The notes under the pieces: generated by a model
What the model saw: only the letters and a program-made list of their open reading frames with translations
Told to the model about the DNA's origin: nothing
The model's database searches: none
Program-made: the position numbers and the translations under genes
Shown: in pieces, positions 27,486 through 38,209 of the stretch
How the letters are laid out: every line of letters begins with the position of its first letter
How positions within the stretch are numbered: position 1 is the first letter of the stretch
Virus record (IMG/VR): IMGVR_UViG_3300021958_000023
Span: 64,001-128,000 of that record
Reading direction: 5' to 3' (one strand)
Length of the DNA: 64,000 nucleotides
From: a virus
Taxonomy: Duplodnaviria > Caudoviricetes

Positions 27486-28780
27486 CAGAAAAAATTAATA
27501 TTAAATACGCATCTCTATCAGATAAAATATATATCAATGGTGATGCGATAGAAGACATTGAGAAGTTTGAAAGAGCGTATAGTTATATACTAGACGATGT
27601 AACTTTTTATACCTATGATTATGATGAAGAAGAAGACGTATATTCAGTGCCTTCAAACTCTTATTATAAGTTGAATATTCAAGAATATAAAGATAAGAGA
27701 AATTTCTTTGCTAATGAAGCAGACAAAGCATTTAAATTTGCCGGTAGTCTTAGAGAAGAACAGCAAGATGTAGTAGATGCTTTCTTTAAGATAGGTAGAG
27801 TAAGAAGTGGTTTATTTCAGGCGCCTTGTGGTTGGGGTAAAACTTATGCAGCGTGCTCTCTTATTGCTCAAGCTGATATGCCTACACTCATTATTGTTCA
27901 TACAAAACTACTATTTAAACAGTGGCAACAAGAATTAGAGAAACTAATACCAAATGCAGATATTGGATATATCGGAGATGGAGACTTTAAATTAACTAAT
28001 TTAACTGTTGGAATATATAAAAGTGTTCATAATAATATGGAGCATATTAGAGATAAGTTTAGTTTAATTTTTGTAGACGAAGCACATCTGTGTCCTGCTG
28101 ATTTATTTTCTACTACAGTTAATAATATTAATTGTAAGATTAAAATAGCAGTAACAGCAACTCCCCGTAGAAAAGACGGAAAACACATTGTATTAAATGA
28201 CTTTTTTACACCGTTCAGAGTAGTAGCACGAGACGAAAAAGAGCACGAAACTCCTCGTATAGAATTAATACATACGGACGTAGCCTTTAATGTTATAGAG
28301 CCTAAACGAGACTGGTCAAGGCAAATGAATAAAATAACACAAAATAAAGCTTTATTATCTCTTATAGCAAAAGAAGCTACTCAAGACATAGCAAACGGTA
28401 GATGCTTATTGATATTATCTGAAAGAGTTGATATGTTAAAAACTCTGCAAAAAATGATAAATAAAAGCGTATTACTTATTGGTGAAACAGGTGAAGAAGA
28501 TAGAAAAGAAATATTAAAAACAGCAGGGTCTAAATATATGGCGATACTTTCTACAAAAATATTTGATGAAGGTATCTCATGTCATAGGTTAGACACTCTT
28601 TATCTAACCTGTCCTAATAATAACCCTATCAAATTAGAACAAAGAATTGGTAGAATAATCAGAGAACACCCAGAAAAGAATGTTCCTCTTGTAAAAGATT
28701 TTTGGTTTAAAGGAGCCATTGTTAATAATCAACAAAGAAAAAGATTAGAATGGTATAAAACCAGAGGGTATGTATTGTGA
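27482..28780 (+). CDS. SF2 helicase (T5 D10/UvsW-like)
   Basis: LREEQ, APCGWGKT, DEAH, TATPRRKDG, QRIGRIIR. Confidence 0.93.
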   Translation: MTEKINIKYASLSDKIYINGDAIEDIEKFERAYSYILDDVTFYTYDYDEEEDVYSVPSNSYYKLNIQEYKDKRNFFANEADKAFKFAGSLREEQQDVVDAFFKIGRVRSGLFQAPCGWGKTYAACSLIAQADMPTLIIVHTKLLFKQWQQELEKLIPNADIGYIGDGDFKLTNLTVGIYKSVHNNMEHIRDKFSLIFVDEAHLCPADLFSTTVNNINCKIKIAVTATPRRKDGKHIVLNDFFTPFRVVARDEKEHETPRIELIHTDVAFNVIEPKRDWSRQMNKITQNKALLSLIAKEATQDIANGRCLLILSERVDMLKTLQKMINKSVLLIGETGEEDRKEILKTAGSKYMAILSTKIFDEGISCHRLDTLYLTCPNNNPIKLEQRIGRIIREHPEKNVPLVKDFWFKGAIVNNQQRKRLEWYKTRGYVL

Positions 28781-29223
28781 AATATATGTTTAACTGGTTT
28801 GATCTAAAAACAAAATCCAATAACGAACCAGAATCTATATTAATCTTGACATATGCTATCACAAAAAGTTATAATTCTATTATAGCGTGGAATTCGAAAC
28901 ACCTTATGAATTCTTTAAAGATTAATAGAATACCTAGCACTTTGTTTAAAAGAAACTTATTAGTAAATACAAAAAAAGGTATAGTAAGTAAGTATAAAAC
29001 AACATTACCTGATGCATATTTTAAAAATAAAAGATTTTTATTTTTAGATGTTTCATTAGAACAAAAAATAAATTACATATATTTATTAGGTCACAGAAAG
29101 TTATCTAATGAAAATGATTATTTAGATATTGATAATTTTAAAGATGAAATTATTGCCAATCTTTATAATCCACTGACAAAACATGAAAACAACAACTTAA
29201 AATTTATCTATGAAGGAGAATGA
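28777..29223 (+). CDS. Hypothetical protein between D10 and D11
   Basis: 148-aa ORF overlapping both neighbours. Confidence 0.7.
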   Translation: MKYMFNWFDLKTKSNNEPESILILTYAITKSYNSIIAWNSKHLMNSLKINRIPSTLFKRNLLVNTKKGIVSKYKTTLPDAYFKNKRFLFLDVSLEQKINYIYLLGHRKLSNENDYLDIDNFKDEIIANLYNPLTKHENNNLKFIYEGE

Positions 29224-29879
29224 TCATGGTATCATGGGACAAAACACAAGGAATCAAATCACAAGGCTCAAGCGATAGAAAAGAAATTCAAAGAATCACA
29301 CTACAAAACGGAGATAATAAAATTAGACTAATTGGCGAAGTATTGCCTCGCTATGTGTACTGGCTAACTACCAAAGACGGAAAACGTATGCCAGTAGAAT
29401 GTTTAAAGTTTGACCGAAACACCGAACAGTTTTCTGGAACAGAAGATCCTTTTGATGAAATTTCACCTGATATCTATGCAGATAAGCCTCAATTTGCTTA
29501 CGTATGTAATGTGATTGATCGAGGAGATAATCAAGTAAAACTATTTGATTTAAAAGCAACTATTTATCGTCAAATTGTAGACTTTGCTAAAGATGCTGAA
29601 TATGGTAATCCAGCAGACGAAGCATCAGGGTATGACATTACTATTGTAAAAGAAAAAACAGGTCCTTTGCCTCAAAACGTAAAGTATACTGTAAGACCCG
29701 CAAGAGCATCTACAGCATTAACTGATGAAGAAAAGTCGGCAGATCTATTTGAACTAGATCGTATCTATAAGAGACCTGACTATACAGAACAAAAACGTTG
29801 GTTGTTAGAAAACACTACTATGTTTGCAGCTGACGATGACAACTCGTTTTCGCCTGAAAGCGTAGAGGACCTTGACTAA
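29220..29879 (+). CDS. T5 D11-like ssDNA-binding protein
   Basis: RLIGEVLPRYVYW, GYDITIVKEKTGPLPQNVKY, acidic C-terminal tail. Confidence 0.8.
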   Translation: MIMVSWDKTQGIKSQGSSDRKEIQRITLQNGDNKIRLIGEVLPRYVYWLTTKDGKRMPVECLKFDRNTEQFSGTEDPFDEISPDIYADKPQFAYVCNVIDRGDNQVKLFDLKATIYRQIVDFAKDAEYGNPADEASGYDITIVKEKTGPLPQNVKYTVRPARASTALTDEEKSADLFELDRIYKRPDYTEQKRWLLENTTMFAADDDNSFSPESVEDLD

Positions 29880-30727
29880 TGGCTAAAAAATACAAACTTT
29901 CAGATATACTAGAAGAAAATGAAAGTAAACCGGCACAATCTCCTCAGAAAAAAACTGAGGGGGCAGTGTCACTACCTGCCGCTATAAAACAAATTGAAGG
30001 CAATCAAGTTACTATTGATACTTCAGTGTTAAGAAAGAATAATATCTTTTTTGCCACACCTTGTTATGGTGGATTAATTACTGATCAATTCTTTTTAAGT
30101 ATGTTTAAAACTACACAAACACTAATTCAGCACGGGATTAATTTTAGACTTACTACTCTTAGAAATGAAAGTCTAATTACGAGAGCACGTAATATTCTTA
30201 CTGCTATGTTTTTAGAAAGTAATTGTACTCATTTGATGTTTATTGACGCAGATATTGAATGGGATTCAGAAGCAATTATTAGAATGTTAGCAATGGATAA
30301 ACCTATTATTGCAGGAGCGTATCCAAAAAAGACTTTACCAATAGACTATGCAATTAATTTAAAGTTTGTTGATAAAGAGCGTAAACAAGTAAGAGTAGAA
30401 AACGGAGCAGTTGAAGTTTTAGATGCTTCTACAGGATTTTTTATGATTCGTAGAGATACTATTGAAAAAATGATTGAAGCATATCCAGAACTCTACTATA
30501 TTAACGATAGTTCTATTGACCCTAAATTTAATCAATACTGCTATTCACTATTTGATACTATTCATGATCCAGATGATAATAGATACCTATCAGAAGACTA
30601 TACTTTCTGTCGTCGTTGGCAGAAAATTGGTGGAGAAATCTGGTTAGATCCAAATACTAAACTTAATCATGTTGGAAGTTATACTTTCCAGGGTGATGTT
30701 AACAAAATATTTAATTGGAATAATTAA
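29879..30727 (+). CDS. GT-A fold glycosyltransferase-like protein
   Basis: ATPCYGG, ESLITRARN, THLMFIDADI, GAYPKK, YLSEDYTFCRRW. Confidence 0.85.
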   Translation: MAKKYKLSDILEENESKPAQSPQKKTEGAVSLPAAIKQIEGNQVTIDTSVLRKNNIFFATPCYGGLITDQFFLSMFKTTQTLIQHGINFRLTTLRNESLITRARNILTAMFLESNCTHLMFIDADIEWDSEAIIRMLAMDKPIIAGAYPKKTLPIDYAINLKFVDKERKQVRVENGAVEVLDASTGFFMIRRDTIEKMIEAYPELYYINDSSIDPKFNQYCYSLFDTIHDPDDNRYLSEDYTFCRRWQKIGGEIWLDPNTKLNHVGSYTFQGDVNKIFNWNN

Positions 30728-31696
30728 ATGACAAAAATACTTCACTCAGCTGACTGGCACATTAACCTACATAAGAAAAAAGTACCTATTGAGTGGCAAG
30801 AAAAACGTTTCAAGCTGATGTTTCAAAAACTTCATCAGCTTGAAGAATCTTGTGACATACACATCATTGCAGGAGATGTATTCGACAGAAAGCCAGAACC
30901 TGATGAAATATGTTTGTTTTTATCTTACATTAATTGTGTGTCTATACCTACCTATATAATTCCAGGTAATCATGAAGCAACAAAGAAGGGCGAAACCTTT
31001 TTAGAGCACTTTTTAGAAGACGCAGTTATTACTAATCCTAACGTCAGACTTTTTACCAAAAATCAAAGAATAAAAGAGCCTAATGAGCCAGGAATACAGT
31101 TTTGGCCATACGGAGAAATGCAAGTAGATAACTTACCAGAATATCATGAAGGAGATATTTTAGTTGCACATATTAGAGGTGAAGTACCTCCTCATATTAC
31201 GGCTGAGTATGATTTTGAAAAGATTAGAAAATGGGGTTTAATCTTATTAGGAGATATTCACTTTAATCATAGGTATAAAGATTATGGAGCCTATTATAGC
31301 GGTAGTCCTATAAACACTCATTTTGATCGTGATAATAACAAAGAATATGGAGTTAATATATTTAATTTTATTGATAGTTCTAATTATTCAGTTGAATTTA
31401 TTGATTTAAAGCTACCAAAACTAATCAGAAAAACAATAAAATCTGAAGAAGAGATGAAACCTGATGGCTATGACCATGTAGTGTATGAAGTTGTAGGGTC
31501 GATTGATGATCTTTCAAAAATTAAAAATTCAGAATTACTAGATAAAAAAGTGTCTTATGAACCGTCAGAAGAAGCTACACTAGATTTAAAAAATTTATCA
31601 CTAACAGAAGAATTAAGAAAGTATCTTGAATATATAAAGGTCTCAGACATTGAAGGTACTCTAAACGAATTTAATGATTTACAGGTAGAAAAATGA
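30728..31696 (+). CDS. SbcD/Mre11-like nuclease (T5 D12)
   Basis: SADWH, AGDVFD, PGNHE, LGDIH, YSGSP. Confidence 0.92.
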   Translation: MTKILHSADWHINLHKKKVPIEWQEKRFKLMFQKLHQLEESCDIHIIAGDVFDRKPEPDEICLFLSYINCVSIPTYIIPGNHEATKKGETFLEHFLEDAVITNPNVRLFTKNQRIKEPNEPGIQFWPYGEMQVDNLPEYHEGDILVAHIRGEVPPHITAEYDFEKIRKWGLILLGDIHFNHRYKDYGAYYSGSPINTHFDRDNNKEYGVNIFNFIDSSNYSVEFIDLKLPKLIRKTIKSEEEMKPDGYDHVVYEVVGSIDDLSKIKNSELLDKKVSYEPSEEATLDLKNLSLTEELRKYLEYIKVSDIEGTLNEFNDLQVEK

Positions 31697-32250
31697 AACT
31701 AGAATGTCTCTATCCTGATTATGGATATTTTTTATATACAGAAGCAACAGAGATTAATCAGTATAAACAAGAAATAGCTGAATATGCAATAAAGACTTTT
31801 CAAAGTGATTTTGATTTACAGTTTGGTTATAATGTCAGACTAGATCCTCATAAATTTCCTTTGATTAAAGAGATATATGCTTATTTTTTCAAACTGTGTG
31901 TTAATAACTTTGATAATGTAATTGTAGATCAGAGAAATAGAGAAATTGCTTGGACTTATGTACAAAATAAAGAAACTAGCAGTAATGTGTGGCATAATCA
32001 TAAAAGAACTACTACAATTAACGCAGTTTGGTATCCAAAAATACCTGATCCTACAGGAACTCTAGCTATTAGAGAAGGAGAAGCTGTAGACGAAATACAA
32101 GTAAAAGAAGGCTTTATTTATTTTTTTCCTTACTGGCTCGATCATAAACCTATGCCTCAAAAAAATTCTGATGATTGGAGAGTTAGTATTAATTTAGAAT
32201 TATTAACAGTAACTAGGCCTTTATACCCACCAACACAAACTTTATGGTAA
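31693..32250 (+). CDS. 2OG-Fe(II) oxygenase
   Basis: WHNH, NAVWY, EGFIYFFPYWLDH, RVSINLE. Confidence 0.8.
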   Translation: MKLECLYPDYGYFLYTEATEINQYKQEIAEYAIKTFQSDFDLQFGYNVRLDPHKFPLIKEIYAYFFKLCVNNFDNVIVDQRNREIAWTYVQNKETSSNVWHNHKRTTTINAVWYPKIPDPTGTLAIREGEAVDEIQVKEGFIYFFPYWLDHKPMPQKNSDDWRVSINLELLTVTRPLYPPTQTLW

Positions 32251-32254
32251 AACT

Positions 32255-34084
32255 ATGTCAATCATTTTAAAAGAACTGAATTTCTCTAATATGTTTAGTT
32301 ATGGAGAAAATAATAAAATTACTTTTAATAATAATAGAATTACTCAATTAACTGCTCCTAATGGTAGTGGAAAATCTAGTATTGCTCTTATATTACAAGA
32401 AGTCTTATTCAATAAAAACATAAAAGGAATTAAAAAAGGAGATATTCTTAACAGATATTCAAAAGTTAAGAATTGGGATGCTAATCTAACTTTTACAGCA
32501 AACGAAAAAGACTATCAAGTTGAAGTGAAAAGAACAGGAGCAGCAACAAAAGTAAAATTTTTAGCAGGTAATGAAGACTTAACCGAACATAAAGTGTTAG
32601 ACACTTATAAAAAAATACAAGAAGTAGTAGGGTTAGATTTTGAAGTTTTTTCTCAACTAACCTATCAGTCTTCTACAGACTTGTTAGAGTTTTTAAAAGC
32701 AACAGACACTAATCGTAAAAAGTTTCTAATTAATCTTTTTAACTTAGAAAAATATATTGCAATTGGAGAAGCAATTAAAGTAAAACTCAATGCGTCAGAC
32801 AGAGAGCAACTTAAGCTAGAAGGAGAGCTAAAAGGCATTGATGAGTTTATTAGTACAGCTCATATTGATGAAGAAAAAGAACTAATTGACATTCCTTCTA
32901 TAGATGATAATCTAAGAAATAAAGTAGCAAGACTAGAAAATGATCTTGCTGATTACAATGACCTTTGTAAAAAAATAGATAGAAATAATCTTTTAATAGA
33001 AGAAAGAGAGTCTTTAGTATTCAATGTATCTTTAAAAGAGCCAGACTATAGAGAATACGAACAAACGCAATCCGAAATTACAAAAGTTCAGAGTAATATT
33101 CAAAGTATCGACTCTGATATTAAAAAAGCAAATGCTTCATTATCAGATTTAGACACAGCAGACACGTGTTACGCGTGTGGTCAACCTCTTGATAACTCTC
33201 ATGCTGTTCAAATGAAAGAAAGACTTTCGTCTGATATAAATGATTTTACACAATATAGAAACGTAGATCGAGAAAAATTATCTGAGTTAAAAATTCGTAA
33301 AAATGAGATTCAATCAGAAATTGATGCGTTTTTAATTAATCAAAAAGCGAGTGAGAGATTCGAAAATCTTTCTCAGATAATCGATTTTTCTTTACAAACT
33401 AATTATCCAGACTATTCTGAGATTAAAGAAAGTTTAACTAATACTCAAACAGAATTAAAAAAACAAGAAAAAAATTATCAAGATGCTGTAGATCACAATG
33501 AGCAAGTGAAGATCTTTAATACAAAAATAGAAGCTCTCAGAGAGCAAAAAAGACAATTTTTAAATAGACGAAAGCTCCTGAACGATGATATAATTTCTTT
33601 ACAATTAAAAAATAAACACTTAAACATTCTCAAAAAAGCTTTCAGCACTACAGGCATTGTTGCTTTTAAGTTAGAGAATTTAACAAAAGAATTAGAAGAA
33701 CAAATTAATTTATATTTGGCTGAGTTATCTGATGGACAATTTCAAGTTGTTTTTAGATTAACAGGTGAAAAGCTAAATATTATCGTAGTGAACAATGGAG
33801 TAGACACACCTATAGAAACCGTTTCAAGCGGTGAATTTAGTAGAATCCAAACATCAATACTTTTAGCCATTAGAAAGGTTATGTCCAAAATTGGAGGTAA
33901 TCATATAAATCTTTTATTTCTTGATGAGATAACTGGAGTGCTTGATGAAGAAGGAAAAGAGAAACTAATAGAAGTGTTACAAGAAGAATATGGGTTAAAT
34001 GTATTTCTAATATCCCATGATTTTACACATCCATTAATAGATAAAATACAAATTAAAAAAGAAAACAATATAAGCAGTATTTAG
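32255..34084 (+). CDS. SbcC/Rad50-like ATPase (T5 D13)
   Basis: APNGSGKS, zinc hook CYACGQ, signature SSGE, LFLDE, SH. Confidence 0.93.
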   Translation: MSIILKELNFSNMFSYGENNKITFNNNRITQLTAPNGSGKSSIALILQEVLFNKNIKGIKKGDILNRYSKVKNWDANLTFTANEKDYQVEVKRTGAATKVKFLAGNEDLTEHKVLDTYKKIQEVVGLDFEVFSQLTYQSSTDLLEFLKATDTNRKKFLINLFNLEKYIAIGEAIKVKLNASDREQLKLEGELKGIDEFISTAHIDEEKELIDIPSIDDNLRNKVARLENDLADYNDLCKKIDRNNLLIEERESLVFNVSLKEPDYREYEQTQSEITKVQSNIQSIDSDIKKANASLSDLDTADTCYACGQPLDNSHAVQMKERLSSDINDFTQYRNVDREKLSELKIRKNEIQSEIDAFLINQKASERFENLSQIIDFSLQTNYPDYSEIKESLTNTQTELKKQEKNYQDAVDHNEQVKIFNTKIEALREQKRQFLNRRKLLNDDIISLQLKNKHLNILKKAFSTTGIVAFKLENLTKELEEQINLYLAELSDGQFQVVFRLTGEKLNIIVVNNGVDTPIETVSSGEFSRIQTSILLAIRKVMSKIGGNHINLLFLDEITGVLDEEGKEKLIEVLQEEYGLNVFLISHDFTHPLIDKIQIKKENNISSI

Positions 34085-34094
34085 AGGATTTGAA

Positions 34095-36386
34095 ATGACT
34101 ATTAACGTAACTAAAAGAGACGGAACTACTGAACCTTTAGACATTGAAAAACTACATAAAGTAGTATTCTTTGCTTGTGAGGATATTGCAGGAGTATCTG
34201 CTAGCGAAGTTGAGATGCATAGTCAGTTACAATTCTATGATGGGATAAAATCTTCTGACATACAAGAAACACTTATTAAAAGTGCTGCTGATTTGATTTC
34301 TGAAGAGACGCCTAACTATCAACACGTTGCTGGTAGACTTATTACTTATCATTTAAGAAAAATGGTTTATAATCAGTATGAACCTTGGGATCTTACTGAT
34401 CTAGTAGAAAAAAATATTGAAAGAGGTTTTTATGATTCAAACATTGTAGAAAGTTATTCTAAAAAAGAATTTGAATTATTAAATAAATATATTAAACATA
34501 AAAGAGATGAAATATTAACCTATGCTGCAATGGAGCAGTTTAGAGGAAAGTATCTAGTTCAAAATAGAGTTACAGGAGAGATTTATGAAACTCCTCAAAT
34601 GGCTTATATGTTAATTGCTATGACACTATTTATGGATTATCCAAAAGATACTAGAATTAAATGGGTGAAAGATTATTATGATGCAATATCTACCTTTGAT
34701 ATTAGTCTTCCTACTCCTGTTATGGCAGGTGTACGAACTCCACAACGACAATTTTCTTCCTGTGTCCTTATTGAGACAGATGATTCGTTGGACTCTATTA
34801 ATGCTACTACTAGCTCTATTGTTAAATATGTCAGTCAAAAAGCTGGCATCGGCATCGGAGCAGGAAGCATTCGAGCACTTGGAAGTCCAATTAGAAGCGG
34901 AGACGCTTACCATACAGGAGTTGTTCCATTTTATAAAATGTTTCAAGCAGCAACTAGATCCTGCTCTCAAGGAGGAGTGCGAAACGGAGCAGCTACCTTA
35001 TACTATCCCATTTGGCACTTGGAAGTTGAAGACTTGTTAGTATTAAAAAATAATAAAGGTACTGAAGACAATAGGGTACGTCATATGGATTATGGAGTAC
35101 AGTTTAATAAACTTATGTACGAAAGATTGCTAGAAGGGGGTGATATCACACTATTCTCTCCATCTGACGTCCCACACCTTTATAATTCTTTTTTTAATGA
35201 TCAAGAACTATTTAAAATTGTATATGAAAAGGCAGAAAAAAATCCTGCAATTAGAAAGAAAACAATTAAGGCAATTGATCTATTTTCTTCTTTTATTGAA
35301 GAAAGGAAAAACACAGGTCGCATTTATCTTATGAATGTTGATCATGCTAATACTCATTCTTCTTTTGATGAAAAAACTGCCCCTGTACATCAGTCTAATC
35401 TTTGTTGTGAGATTGATTTACCCACAAAACCATTAAATGATTTTAATGATGAAGAAGGTGAGATTGCATTATGTACTCTTAGTGCGATTAACTGGGGTAA
35501 TATTAAAAAACCCGAAGACTTTGAAAAACCTTGTGAATTAGCAGTTCGTGGATTAGATGCGTTGCTTGATTATCAAAACTACCCAGTAAAGGCGGCATAT
35601 AATTCAACCATGAAACGCAGGCCTTTAGGTATTGGCATTATCAATTTAGCGTATTGGTTAGCTAAAAATAACACTACTTATCAAAATCCAGATCTTGAAT
35701 TAGTTGATGAATATGCCGAAGCATGGAGTTATTATCTAATTAGAGCCTCTCATAAACTAGCACAAGAAAAAGAACCTTGTACAGCGTTTAGAGAAACAAA
35801 ATATTCAGAAGGTATTTTACCTATAGATACTAGAAAAAGAGAAGTTGATGAATTAGTAGAGCATAAAGAAAGATTTAATTGGGAAATACTAAGAATGCAA
35901 CTAAGAAATGATGGTATTCGTAATTCAACATTAATGGCACTCATGCCAGCTGAAACATCTGCTCAAATTTCTAATGCTACTAACGGTATTGAACCACCTC
36001 GTTCTTTTGTATCAGTAAAACAATCAAAAGACGGAGTGTTAAAACAAGTAGTTCCAGGTATTCATAAACTCAAAAAGAAATATGATTTACTATGGGATCA
36101 AAAATCTCCAGAAGGATACCTTAAAATATGTGCTATCTTACAAAAATATATTGATCAAGGTATTTCAGTAAATACCTCATATAACCCACAACATTTTGAA
36201 GATGAAAAAATTCCAATGAGTGTTATGTTACAGCATTTGTTAATGTTTTATAAGTATGGAGGAAAACAGCTATACTATTTCAATACCTTTGATGGACAAG
36301 GAGAAATAGATATCAATAAACTAAATGAAGAACTTCCTCTTGAAGATTTAGATGATGAAGCAGCTTGTGAAAGTTGTGTAATTTAG
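34095..36386 (+). CDS. nrdA: Class Ia ribonucleotide reductase alpha subunit with ATP cone
   Basis: VTKRDG, QFSSC, SNLCCEI, PAETS, C-terminal CESC. Confidence 0.98.
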   Translation: MTINVTKRDGTTEPLDIEKLHKVVFFACEDIAGVSASEVEMHSQLQFYDGIKSSDIQETLIKSAADLISEETPNYQHVAGRLITYHLRKMVYNQYEPWDLTDLVEKNIERGFYDSNIVESYSKKEFELLNKYIKHKRDEILTYAAMEQFRGKYLVQNRVTGEIYETPQMAYMLIAMTLFMDYPKDTRIKWVKDYYDAISTFDISLPTPVMAGVRTPQRQFSSCVLIETDDSLDSINATTSSIVKYVSQKAGIGIGAGSIRALGSPIRSGDAYHTGVVPFYKMFQAATRSCSQGGVRNGAATLYYPIWHLEVEDLLVLKNNKGTEDNRVRHMDYGVQFNKLMYERLLEGGDITLFSPSDVPHLYNSFFNDQELFKIVYEKAEKNPAIRKKTIKAIDLFSSFIEERKNTGRIYLMNVDHANTHSSFDEKTAPVHQSNLCCEIDLPTKPLNDFNDEEGEIALCTLSAINWGNIKKPEDFEKPCELAVRGLDALLDYQNYPVKAAYNSTMKRRPLGIGIINLAYWLAKNNTTYQNPDLELVDEYAEAWSYYLIRASHKLAQEKEPCTAFRETKYSEGILPIDTRKREVDELVEHKERFNWEILRMQLRNDGIRNSTLMALMPAETSAQISNATNGIEPPRSFVSVKQSKDGVLKQVVPGIHKLKKKYDLLWDQKSPEGYLKICAILQKYIDQGISVNTSYNPQHFEDEKIPMSVMLQHLLMFYKYGGKQLYYFNTFDGQGEIDINKLNEELPLEDLDDEAACESCVI

Positions 36387-36394
36387 GAGATATT

Positions 36395-36799
36395 ATGAAA
36401 AAATTACTTATGGTAGGGTTATTAATATCATCTCCTGCATTAGCAGAAGATGCTGTTATTAATGACCATTATAAAACAATTATAGAACAAAAACCTTATA
36501 CTGTTGAAATATGCAAAGATGTAGTAGTATCAGGAGATAAAACTAAAGATACCCTAATGGGTGCAATTATTGGCGGAGCAATTGGTAATAACGTTACTAA
36601 AAATGTAGACAATGGCGGAGCTGTTGGTGCATTGCTTGGTGGTATTATTGCTAATCAAAATAGCGATGCAAAAGACAGTATTCAAAAACAATGTCAATTA
36701 GAAACTAGATACCAAGAAGAAACTAAAGAAGTATATAGTCACAGCACTGTTACTTTTTGGTCAAATGGAAAAAAATATAACTTAAGATTTAATAGGTAA
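36395..36799 (+). CDS. Secreted glycine-zipper 2TM protein
   Basis: Signal peptide; GAIIGGAIG...GALLGGIIA. Confidence 0.8.
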   Translation: MKKLLMVGLLISSPALAEDAVINDHYKTIIEQKPYTVEICKDVVVSGDKTKDTLMGAIIGGAIGNNVTKNVDNGGAVGALLGGIIANQNSDAKDSIQKQCQLETRYQEETKEVYSHSTVTFWSNGKKYNLRFNR

Positions 36800-36803
36800 G
36801 AGG

Positions 36804-37982
36804 ATGTCAGTTTTAAACACAAAGAAAAATGATCACACAAAAGCACAAATGTTTTTTGATGAAGAAGAACTAGGTATGCAAAGATATGATACTCTCAAGT
36901 ATCGCGCATTTGATAAACTAACCGATAAACAGCTTGGTTTTTTCTGGAGACCAGAAGAAGTAGATATATTACGTGATGCGGCAGATTTTAAAAATCTATC
37001 AGAACACGAACAGCATATTTTTACAGCTAATCTAAAAAGACAAATTGTTTTAGACTCTGTACAAGGTAGATCTCCTAATCTTGCGTTTCTTCCTGTAGTT
37101 ACAATACCAGAATTAGAAACTTGGATTGAAACCTGGTCTTTTTCAGAAACTATACATAGCCGTTCTTATACACATATTATTCGTAATGTATATCCAAACC
37201 CATCAAAAGTGTTTGATGAACTGATGGATATTCAAGAAATAGTAGACTGTGCTTCTTCAATTTCAAAACACTATGATGATTTGCTTGAGATGACACAGTG
37301 GTACAAAATACTAGGAACAGGAGTACATAAAGTACAAACTCTTGGAAAGACTAACTATGTTGATGGTAAACCGATCTCTGTAGAGTCAAAATATACAGTA
37401 AAAGATATTAGTTTAAAAGAATTAAAAAGAAAATTATATTTATGTATGGCTAGTGTAAATATTCTTGAAGGTGTTCGTTTTTACGTTTCATTCGCGTGTT
37501 CTTGGGCATTTGCAGAACTAAAAAAGATGGAAGGCAATGCTAAAATTATTAAACTGATTGCCCGTGATGAAAATGTACATCTTGGTTCGACTCAACAAAT
37601 TCTTAAGCTGTTGCCACAAGATGATCCAGATTTTGCTAAAATTGCAAAAGAGTGTGAAGAAGAAATTGTGCAAATGTTTGTAGAAGCTATTGAACAAGAA
37701 AAAGAATGGGCAGATTATCTATTTAAAGACGGCTCTATGATCGGTCTTAATGCCCAACTGCTTAAAGACTATATTGAATGGATCGGTAATAAACGTATGA
37801 TAGCGATCGGATTAACTTCTCCTTACAATGTTCCAAGAGCAAATCCTCTACCGTGGACACAAAAATGGATTTCAGGAGCAGAAGTACAGGTAGCACCACA
37901 GGAAACTGAAATCTCTAGTTATGTTATCGGCGGCACTAAACAAGATATTAATCAAAACACTTTTAAAGGATTTTCACTATGA
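36804..37982 (+). CDS. nrdB: Ribonucleotide reductase beta subunit
   Basis: FFWRPEEV, DSVQGR, ETIHSRSY, LEGVRFYVSF, DENVH, APQETE. Confidence 0.98.
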   Translation: MSVLNTKKNDHTKAQMFFDEEELGMQRYDTLKYRAFDKLTDKQLGFFWRPEEVDILRDAADFKNLSEHEQHIFTANLKRQIVLDSVQGRSPNLAFLPVVTIPELETWIETWSFSETIHSRSYTHIIRNVYPNPSKVFDELMDIQEIVDCASSISKHYDDLLEMTQWYKILGTGVHKVQTLGKTNYVDGKPISVESKYTVKDISLKELKRKLYLCMASVNILEGVRFYVSFACSWAFAELKKMEGNAKIIKLIARDENVHLGSTQQILKLLPQDDPDFAKIAKECEEEIVQMFVEAIEQEKEWADYLFKDGSMIGLNAQLLKDYIEWIGNKRMIAIGLTSPYNVPRANPLPWTQKWISGAEVQVAPQETEISSYVIGGTKQDINQNTFKGFSL

Positions 37983-38203
37983 AAGCTATAATTTATTCAA
38001 CACCTGTATGTGGATATTGTCAGATGGCAAAAACACTTATGCAAAAACATAATATTGAATATGAAGAATTTACAGTTGGAAAAGATATTACTAAAGAAGA
38101 GCTAGTAGAAAAGCTTGGGAAGGAAATAAGATCAGTCCCTCAGATTTTAGTTGACAATAATTATGTAGGAGGTTATACTGAATTATCAAAACTATTGGGG
38201 TAA
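37979..38203 (+). CDS. Glutaredoxin
   Basis: CGYC, SVPQI, VGGY. Confidence 0.92.
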   Translation: MKAIIYSTPVCGYCQMAKTLMQKHNIEYEEFTVGKDITKEELVEKLGKEIRSVPQILVDNNYVGGYTELSKLLG

Positions 38204-38209
38204 TTTAGT

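Noticed and set aside
24720-37982. Introns, inteins or homing endonucleases in pol, helicase or nrdAB
   Set aside because: The ORFs are continuous and of normal length, with no intein or HNH/LAGLIDADG/GIY-YIG motifs seen.
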